From contig OZ193910.1 of the NCBI GenBank assembly GCA_964276515.1, forward strand, positions 7,688,001 through 7,752,000: a DNA stretch of 64,000 nucleotides, in the 5' to 3' direction. The stretch comes from Gordius albopunctatus (taxonomy: Eukaryota). The position numbers and the translations under genes were made by a program. Shown here piece by piece: positions 51,901 to 62,400 of the stretch (positions within the stretch are counted from its first letter, which is position 1; every line of letters starts with the position of its first letter). The notes under the pieces were generated by a model, which saw only the letters and a list, made by a program, of their open reading frames with translations, ran no database searches and was not told where the DNA came from.

Positions 51901-54900
51901 TATTCTTTCGAAAGGGAGATGAAAAAATCTTTAAAAGTTAGTAAATATTCTTAGCATATTGTCCTCGTTAGAATCTTGATAGGAATTTATGCGTGGGGGG
52001 ATGTTTGAGATTGAGAGAAATTAAAATTTTCGTGCTGCGTTTATATTGTTTCAATATCGCTTTATAAGCGTGTCTCTAGTTTTAGTGAAACAAGCTCGAT
52101 GCGATCGTGATTTAGAGTTAATAATTTTTGATGACTGATCAAAAAAATGTTTTTCAAGCAATTCACCTGTTATACCGAAAACTTTCATGAGAGCTATATG
52201 GTTGAACAAAAAAATTGAAAAAATTTTGAGGTCGAAAAAAATATTATTTTTCAAATTCTTTCGAAAGGATGATGAAAAAATCTTTAAAAGTTAGTAAATA
52301 TTCTTAGCATTTTGTCCTTGTTAGAATCTTGACAGAAATTTATGCGTGGGGGGATGTTTTAGATTGAGAGAAATTAAAATTTAGGTGTTGCGTTTATATT
52401 GTTTCAATATCGCTTTATAAGCGTGTCTCTAGTTTTAGTGAAACAAGCTCTATGCGATCGTGATTTAGAGATAATAATTTTTGACGACTGATCAAAAAAA
52501 TGTTTTTAAAGGAATTCACCTCTTATACCGAAAACTTTCATGAGAGCTATATGGTTGAACAAAAAAATAGAAAAAATTTTGAGGTCCAAAAAAATTATTA
52601 TTTTTCATATTCTTTCGAAAGGGAGATGAAAAAATCTTTAAATGTTAGTAAACATTCTTAGCATTTTGTCCTTGTTAGAATCTTGAAAGGAATTTATGCG
52701 TGGGGGGATGTTTTAGATTGAGAGAAATTAAAATTTAGGTGTTGCGTTTATATTGTTTCAATATCGCTTTATAATCGAGCTCTATGCGATCGTGATTTAG
52801 AGTTAATAATTTTTGATGACTGATCAAAAAAATGTTTTTCAAGGAATTCATCTCTTATACCGAAAACTTTCATGAGAGCTATATGGTTGAACAAAAAAAT
52901 TGAAAAAATTTTGAGGTCGAAAAAATAATATTTTTCATATTTTTTCGAAAGGGAGATGGAAAAATCTTTAAAAGTTAGTAAATATTCTTAGCATTTTGTC
53001 CTTGTTTGAATCTTGATAGGAATTTATGCGTGGGGGGATGTTTGAGATTGAGAGAAATTAAAATTTTCGTGCTGCGTTTATATTGTTTCAATATCGCTTT
53101 ATAAGCGTGTCTCTAGTTTTAGTGAAACAAGCTCGATGCGATCGTGATTTAGAGTTAATAATTTTTGATGACTGATCAAAAAAATGTTTTTCAAGCAATT
53201 CACCTGTTATACCGAAAACTTTCATGAGAGCTATATGGTTGAACAAAAAAATTGAAAAAATTTTGAGGTCGAAAAAATTATTATTTTTCATATTCTTTCG
53301 AAAGGGAGATGAAAAAATCTTTAAAAGTTAGTAAATATTCTTAGCATATTGTCCTCGTTAGAATCTTGATAGGAATTTATGCGTGGGGGGATGTTTTAGA
53401 TTGAGAGAAATTAAAATTTTCGTGCTGCGTTTAGTTTGTTTCAATATCGCTTTATAAGCGTGTCTCTAGTTTTAGTGAAACAAGCTCTATGCGATCGTGA
53501 TTTACAGTTAATAATTTTTGATGACTGATCAAAAAAATGTTTTTCAAGGAATTCACCTCTTATACCGAAAACTTTCATGAGAGCTATATGGTTGAACAAA
53601 AAAATTGAAAAAATTTTGAGGTCGAAAAAAATATTATTTTTCAAATTCTTTCGAAAGGGAGATGAAAAAATCTTTAAAAGTTAGTAAATATTCTTAGAAT
53701 TTTGTCCTTGTTAGAATCTTGATAGGAATTTTTGCGTTGGCGATGTTTGAGATTGAGAAAAATTAAAATTTTCGTGCTGCGTTTAGTTTGTTTCAATATC
53801 GCTTTATAAGCGTGTCTCTAGTTTTAGTGAAACAAGCTCTATGCGATCGTGATTTACAGTTAATAATTTTTGATGACTGATCAAAAAAATGTTTTTCAAG
53901 GAATTCACCTCTTATACCGAAAACTTTCATGAGAGCTATATGGTTGAACAAAAAAATTGAAAAAATTTTGAGGTCGAAAAAAATATTATTTTTCAAATTC
54001 TTTCGAAAGGGAGATGAAAAAATCTTTAAAAGTTAGTAAATATTCTTAGAATTTTGTCCTTGTTAGAATCTTGATAGGAATTTTTGCGTTGGCGATGTTT
54101 GAGATTGAGAGAAATTAAAATTTTCGTGCTGCGTTTAGTTTGTTTCAATATCGCTTTATAAGCGTGTCTCTAGTTTTAGTGAAACAAGCTCGATGCGATC
54201 GTGATTTAGAGTTAATAATTTTTGATGACTGATCAAAAAAATGTTTTTCAAGCAATTCACCTGTTATACCGAAAACTTTCATGAGAGCTATATGGTTGAA
54301 CAAAAAAATTGAAAAAATTTTGAGGTCGAAAAAAATATTATTTTTCAAATTCTTTCGAAAGGATGATGAAAAAATCTTTAAAAGTTAGTAAATATTCTTA
54401 GCATTTTGTCCTTGTTAGAATCTTGATAGGAATTTTTGCGTGGGGGGATGTTTTAGATTGAGAGAAATTAAAATTTAGGTGTTACGTTTATATTGTTTCA
54501 ATACCGCTTTATAAGCGTGTCTCTAGTTTTAGTGAAACAAGCTCTATGCGATCGTGATTTAGAGTTAATAATTTTTGATGACTGATCAAAAAAATGTTTT
54601 TCAAAGAATTCACCTCTTATACCGAAAACTTTCATGAGAGCTATATGGTTGAACAAAAAATTGAAAAAATTTTGAGGTCGAAAAAATTATTATTTTTCAT
54701 ATTCTTTCGAAAGGGAGATGAAAAAATCTTTAAAAGTTAGTAAATATTCTTAGCATTTTGTCCTTGTTAGAATCTTGACAGAAATTTAGGCGTGGGGGGA
54801 TGTTTTAGATTGAGAGAAATTAAAATTTAGGTGTTGCGTTTATATTGTTTCAATATCGCTTTATAAGCGTGTCTCTAGTTTTAGTGAAACAAGCTCTATG

Positions 54901-56404
54901 CGATCGTGATTTAGAGTTAATAATTTTTGATGACTGATCAAAAAAATGTTTTTAAAGGAATTCACCTCTTATACCGAAAACTTTCATGAGAGCTATATGG
55001 TTGAACAAAAAAATAGAAAAAATTTTGAGGTCGAAAAAATTATTATTTTTCATATTCTTTCGAAAGGGAGATAAAAAAATCTTTAAAAGTTAGTAAATAT
55101 TCTTAGCATTTTGTCCTTGTTAGAATCTTGACAGAAATTTAGGCGTGGGGGGATGTTTTAGATTGAGAGAAATTAAAATTTAGGTGTTGCGTTTATATTG
55201 TTTCAATATCGCTTTATAAGCGTGTCTCTAGTTTTAGTGAAACAAGCTCTATGCGATCGTGATTTAGAGTTAATAATTTTTGACGACTGATCAAAAAAAT
55301 GTTTTTAAAGGAATTCACCTCTTATACCGAAAACTTTCATGAGAGCTATATGGTTGAACGAAAAAATAGAAAAAATTTTGAGGTCCAAAAAAATTATTAT
55401 TTTTCATATTCTTTCGAAAGGGAGATGAAAAAATCTTTAAATGTTAGTAAATATTCTTAGCATTTTGTCCTTGTTAGAATCTTGAAAGGAATTTATGCGT
55501 GGGGGGATGTTTTAGATTGAGAGAAATTAAAATTTAGGTGTTGCGTTTATATTGTTTCATTATCGCTTTATAATCGAGCTCTATGCGATCGTGATTTAGA
55601 GTTAATAATTTTTGATGACTGATCAAAAAAATGTTTTTCAAGGAATTCATCTCTTATACCGAAAACTTTCATGAGAGCTATATGGTTGAACAAAAAAATT
55701 GAAAAAATTTTGAGGTCGAAAAAATTATTATTTTTCATATTCTTTCGAAAGGGAGATGAAAAAATCTTTAAAAGTTAGTAAATATTCTTAGCATATTGTC
55801 CTCGTTAGAATCTTGATAGGAATTTATGCGTGGGGGGATGTTTTAGATTGAGAGAAATTAAAATTTTCGTGCTGCGTTTAGTTTGTTTCAATATCGCTTT
55901 ATAAGCGTGTCTCTAGTTTTAGTGAAACAAGCTCTATGCGATCGTGATTTACAGTTAATAATTTTTGATGACTGATCAAAAAAATGTTTTTCAAGGAATT
56001 CACCTCTTATACCGAAAACTTTCATGAGAGCTATATGGTTGAACAAAAAAATTGAAAAAATTTTGAGGTCGAAAAAAATATTATTTTTCAAATTCTTTCG
56101 AAAGGGAGATGAAAAAATCTTTAAAAGTTAGTAAATATTCTTAGAATTTTGTCCTTGTTAGAATCTTGATAGGAATTTTTGCGTTGGCGATGTTTGAGAT
56201 TGAGAGAAATTAAAATTTTCGTGCTGCGTTTAGTTTGTTTCAATATCGCTTTATAAGCGTGTCTCTAGTTTTAGTGAAACAAGCTCTATGCGATCGTGAT
56301 TTACAGTTAATAATTTTTGATGACTGATCAAAAAAATGTTTTTCAAGGAATTCACCTCTTATACCGAAAACTTTCATGAGAGCTATATGGTTGAACAAAA
56401 AAAT
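45982..56404. repeat. Near-perfect tandem duplication with a 5249-bp period (15 monomers)
   Basis: Nine ORF pairs offset by 5249 (46096/51345 to 50991/56240). Private markers TTCAACTG, AAACATTC and GAGAAAAATT are present in both copies. Confidence 0.92.
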
Positions 56405-59400
56405 TGAAAAAATTTTGAGGTCGAAAAAAATATTATTTTTCAAATTCTTTCGAAAGGGAGATGAAAAAATCTTTAAAAGTTAGTAAATATTCTTAGAATT
56501 TTGTCCTTGTTAGAATCTTGATAGGAATTTTTGCGTTGGCGATGTTTGAGATTGAGAGAAATTAAAATTTTCGTGCTGCGTTTAGTTTGTTTCAATATCG
56601 CTTTATAAGCGTGTCTCTAGTTTTAGTGAAACAAGCTCGATGCGATCGTGATTTAGAGTTAATAATTTTTGATGACTGATCAAAAAAATGTTTTTCAAGC
56701 AATTCACCTGTTATACCGAAAACTTTCATGAGAGCTATATGGTTGAACAAAAAAATTGAAAAAATTTTGAGGTCGAAAAAAATATTATTTTTCAAATTCT
56801 TTCGAAAGGATGATGAAAAAATCTTTAAAAGTTAGTAAATATTCTTAGCATTTTGTCCTTGTTAGAATCTTGATAGGAATTTTTGCGTGGGGGGATGTTT
56901 TAGATTGAGAGAAATTAAAATTTAGGTGTTACGTTTATATTGTTTCAATACCGCTTTATAAGCGTGTCTCTAGTTTTAGTGAAACAAGCTCTATGCGATC
57001 GTGATTTAGAGTTAATAATTTTTGATGACTGATCAAAAAAATGTTTTTCAAAGAATTCACCTCTTATACCGAAAACTTTCATGAGAGCTATATGGTTGAA
57101 CAAAAAATTGAAAAAATTTTGAGGTCGAAAAAATTATTATTTTTCATATTCTTTCGAAAGGGAGATGAAAAAATCTTTAAAAGTTAGTAAATATTCTTAG
57201 CATTTTGTCCTTGTTAGAATCTTGACAGAAATTTAGGCGTGGGGGGATGTTTTAGATTGAGAGAAATTAAAATTTAGGTGTTGCGTTTATATTGTTTCAA
57301 TATCGCTTTATAAGCGTGTCTCTAGTTTTAGTGAAACAAGCTCTATGCGATCGTGATTTAGAGTTAATAATTTTTGATGACTGATCAAAAAAATGTTTTT
57401 AAAGGAATTCACCTCTTATACCGAAAACTTTCATGAGAGCTATATGGTTGAACAAAAAAATTGAAAAAATTTTGAGGTCGAAAAAATTATTATTTTTCAT
57501 ATTCTTTCGAAAGGGAGATGAAAAAATCTTTAAAAGTTAGTAAATATTCTTAGCATATTGTCCTCGTTAGAATCTTGATAGGAATTTATGCGTGGGGGGA
57601 TGTTTTAGATTGAGAGAAATTAAAATTTTCGTGCTGCGTTTAGTTTGTTTCAATATCGCTTTATAAGCGTGTCTCTAGTTTTAGTGAAACAAGCTCTATG
57701 CGATCGTGATTTACAGTTAATAATTTTTGATGACTGATCAAAAAAATGTTTTTCAAGGAATTCACCTCTTATACCGAAAACTTTCATGAGAGCTATATGG
57801 TTGAACAAAAAAATTGAAAAAATTTTGAGGTCGAAAAAAATATTATTTTTCAAATTCTTTCGAAAGGGAGATGAAAAAATCTTTAAAAGTTAGTAAATAT
57901 TCTTAGAATTTTGTCCTTGTTAGAATCTTGATAGGAATTTTTGCGTTGGCGATGTTTGAGATTGAGAGAAATTAAAATTTTCGTGCTGCGTTTAGTTTGT
58001 TTCAATATCGCTTTATAAGCGTGTCTCTAGTTTTAGTGAAACAAGCTCTATGCGATCGTGATTTACAGTTAATAATTTTTGATGACTGATCAAAAAAATG
58101 TTTTTCAAGGAATTCACCTCTTATACCGAAAACTTTCATGAGAGCTATATGGTTGAACAAAAAAATTGAAAAAATTTTGAGGTCGAAAAAAATATTATTT
58201 TTCAAATTCTTTCGAAAGGGAGATGAAAAAATCTTTAAAAGTTAGTAAATATTCTTAGAATTTTGTCCTTGTTAGAATCTTGATAGGAATTTTTGCGTTG
58301 GCGATGTTTGAGATTGAGAGAAATTAAAATTTTCGTGCTGCGTTTAGTTTGTTTCAATATCGCTTTATAAGCGTGTCTCTAGTTTTAGTGAAACAAGCTC
58401 GATGCGATCGTGATTTAGAGTTAATAATTTTTGATGACTGATCAAAAAAATGTTTTTCAAGCAATTCACCTGTTATACCGAAAACTTTCATGAGAGCTAT
58501 ATGGTTGAACAAAAAAATTGAAAAAATTTTGAGGTCGAAAAAAATATTATTTTTCAAATTCTTTCGAAAGGGAGATAAAAAAATCTTTAAAAGTTAGTAA
58601 ATATTCTTAGCATTTTGTCCTTGTTAGAATCTTGACAGAAATTTAGGCGTGGGGGGATGTTTTAGATTGAGAGAAATTAAAATTTAGGTGTTGCGTTTAT
58701 ATTGTTTCAATATCGCTTTATAAGCGTGTCTCTAGTTTTAGTGAAACAAGCTCTATGCGATCGTGATTTAGAGTTAATAATTTTTGACGACTGATCAAAA
58801 AAATGTTTTTAAAGGAATTCACCTCTTATACCGAAAACTTTCATGAGAGCTATATGGTTGAACGAAAAAATAGAAAAAATTTTGAGGTCCAAAAAAATTA
58901 TTATTTTTCATATTCTTTCGAAAGGGAGATGAAAAAATCTTTAAATGTTAGTAAATATTCTTAGCATTTTGTCCTTGTTAGAATCTTGAAAGGAATTTAT
59001 GCGTGGGGGGATGTTTTAGATTGAGAGAAATTAAAATTTAGGTGTTGCGTTTATATTGTTTCATTATCGCTTTATAATCGAGCTCTATGCGATCGTGATT
59101 TAGAGTTAATAATTTTTGATGACTGATCAAAAAAATGTTTTTCAAGGAATTCATCTCTTATACCGAAAACTTTCATGAGAGCTATATGGTTGAACAAAAA
59201 AATTGAAAAAATTTTGAGGTCGAAAAAATTATTATTTTTCATATTCTTTCGAAAGGGAGATGAAAAAATCTTTAAAAGTTAGTAAATATTCTTAGCATAT
59301 TGTCCTCGTTAGAATCTTGATAGGAATTTATGCGTGGGGGGATGTTTTAGATTGAGAGAAATTAAAATTTTCGTGCTGCGTTTAGTTTGTTTCAATATCG

Positions 59401-62400
59401 CTTTATAAGCGTGTCTCTAGTTTTAGTGAAACAAGCTCTATGCGATCGTGATTTACAGTTAATAATTTTTGATGACTGATCAAAAAAATGTTTTTCAAGG
59501 AATTCACCTCTTATACCGAAAACTTTCATGAGAGCTATATGGTTGAACAAAAAAATTGAAAAAATTTTGAGGTCGAAAAAAATATTATTTTTCAAATTCT
59601 TTCGAAAGGGAGATGAAAAAATCTTTAAAAGTTAGTAAATATTCTTAGCATTTTGTCCTTGTTAGAATCTTGACAGAAATTTAGGCGTGGGGGGATGTTT
59701 TAGATTGAGAGAAATTAAAATTTAGGTGTTGCGTTTATATTGTTTCAATATCGCTTTATAAGCGTGTCTCTAGTTTTAGTGAAACAAGCTCTATGCGATC
59801 GTGATTTAGAGTTAATAATTTTTGACGACTGATCAAAAAAATGTTTTTAAAGGAATTCACCTCTTATACCGAAAACTTTCATGAGAGCTATATGGTTGAA
59901 CGAAAAAATAGAAAAAATTTTGAGGTCCAAAAAAATTATTATTTTTCATATTCTTTCGAAAGGGAGATGAAAAAATCTTTAAATGTTAGTAAATATTCTT
60001 AGCATTTTGTCCTTGTTAGAATCTTGAAAGGAATTTATGCGTGGGGGGATGTTTTAGATTGAGAGAAATTAAAATTTAGGTGTTGCGTTTATATTGTTTC
60101 ATTATCGCTTTATAATCGAGCTCTATGCGATCGTGATTTAGAGTTAATAATTTTTGATGACTGATCAAAAAAATGTTTTTCAAGGAATTCATCTCTTATA
60201 CCGAAAACTTTCATGAGAGCTATATGGTTGAACAAAAAAATTGAAAAAATTTTGAGGTCGAAAAAATTATTATTTTTCATATTCTTTCGAAAGGGAGATG
60301 AAAAAATCTTTAAAAGTTAGTAAATATTCTTAGCATATTGTCCTCGTTAGAATCTTGATAGGAATTTATGCGTGGGGGGATGTTTTAGATTGAGAGAAAT
60401 TAAAATTTTCGTGCTGCGTTTAGTTTGTTTCAATATCGCTTTATAAGCGTGTCTCTAGTTTTAGTGAAACAAGCTCTATGCGATCGTGATTTACAGTTAA
60501 TAATTTTTGATGACTGATCAAAAAAATGTTTTTCAAGGAATTCACCTCTTATACCGAAAACTTTCATGAGAGCTATATGGTTGAACAAAAAAATTGAAAA
60601 AATTTTGAGGTCGAAAAAAATATTATTTTTCAAATTCTTTCGAAAGGGAGATGAAAAAATCTTTAAAAGTTAGTAAATATTCTTAGAATTTTGTCCTTGT
60701 TAGAATCTTGATAGGAATTTTTGCGTTGGCGATGTTTGAGATTGAGAGAAATTAAAATTTTCGTGCTGCGTTTAGTTTGTTTCAATATCGCTTTATAAGC
60801 GTGTCTCTAGTTTTAGTGAAACAAGCTCTATGCGATCGTGATTTACAGTTAATAATTTTTGATGACTGATCAAAAAAATGTTTTTCAAGGAATTCACCTC
60901 TTATACCGAAAACTTTCATGAGAGCTATATGGTTGAACAAAAAAATTGAAAAAATTTTGAGGTCGAAAAAAATATTATTTTTCAAATTCTTTCGAAAGGG
61001 AGATGAAAAAATCTTTAAAAGTTAGTAAATATTCTTAGAATTTTGTCCTTGTTAGAATCTTGATAGGAATTTTTGCGTTGGCGATGTTTGAGATTGAGAG
61101 AAATTAAAATTTTCGTGCTGCGTTTAGTTTGTTTCAATATCGCTTTATAAGCGTGTCTCTAGTTTTAGTGAAACAAGCTCGATGCGATCGTGATTTAGAG
61201 TTAATAATTTTTGATGACTGATCAAAAAAATGTTTTTCAAGCAATTCACCTGTTATACCGAAAACTTTCATGAGAGCTATATGGTTGAACAAAAAAATTG
61301 AAAAAATTTTGAGGTCGAAAAAAATATTATTTTTCAAATTCTTTCGAAAGGGAGATAAAAAAATCTTTAAAAGTTAGTAAATATTCTTAGCATTTTGTCC
61401 TTGTTAGAATCTTGACAGAAATTTAGGCGTGGGGGGATGTTTTAGATTGAGAGAAATTAAAATTTAGGTGTTGCGTTTATATTGTTTCAATATCGCTTTA
61501 TAAGCGTGTCTCTAGTTTTAGTGAAACAAGCTCTATGCGATCGTGATTTAGAGTTAATAATTTTTGACGACTGATCAAAAAAATGTTTTTAAAGGAATTC
61601 ACCTCTTATACCGAAAACTTTCATGAGAGCTATATGGTTGAACGAAAAAATAGAAAAAATTTTGAGGTCCAAAAAAATTATTATTTTTCATATTCTTTCG
61701 AAAGGGAGATGAAAAAATCTTTAAATGTTAGTAAATATTCTTAGCATTTTGTCCTTGTTAGAATCTTGAAAGGAATTTATGCGTGGGGGGATGTTTTAGA
61801 TTGAGAGAAATTAAAATTTAGGTGTTGCGTTTATATTGTTTCATTATCGCTTTATAATCGAGCTCTATGCGATCGTGATTTAGAGTTAATAATTTTTGAT
61901 GACTGATCAAAAAAATGTTTTTCAAGGAATTCATCTCTTATACCGAAAACTTTCATGAGAGCTATATGGTTGAACAAAAAAATTGAAAAAATTTTGAGGT
62001 CGAAAAAATTATTATTTTTCATATTCTTTCGAAAGGGAGATGAAAAAATCTTTAAAAGTTAGTAAATATTCTTAGCATATTGTCCTCGTTAGAATCTTGA
62101 TAGGAATTTATGCGTGGGGGGATGTTTTAGATTGAGAGAAATTAAAATTTTCGTGCTGCGTTTAGTTTGTTTCAATATCGCTTTATAAGCGTGTCTCTAG
62201 TTTTAGTGAAACAAGCTCTATGCGATCGTGATTTACAGTTAATAATTTTTGATGACTGATCAAAAAAATGTTTTTCAAGGAATTCACCTCTTATACCGAA
62301 AACTTTCATGAGAGCTATATGGTTGAACAAAAAAATTGAAAAAATTTTGAGGTCGAAAAAAATATTATTTTTCAAATTCTTTCGAAAGGGAGATGAAAAA

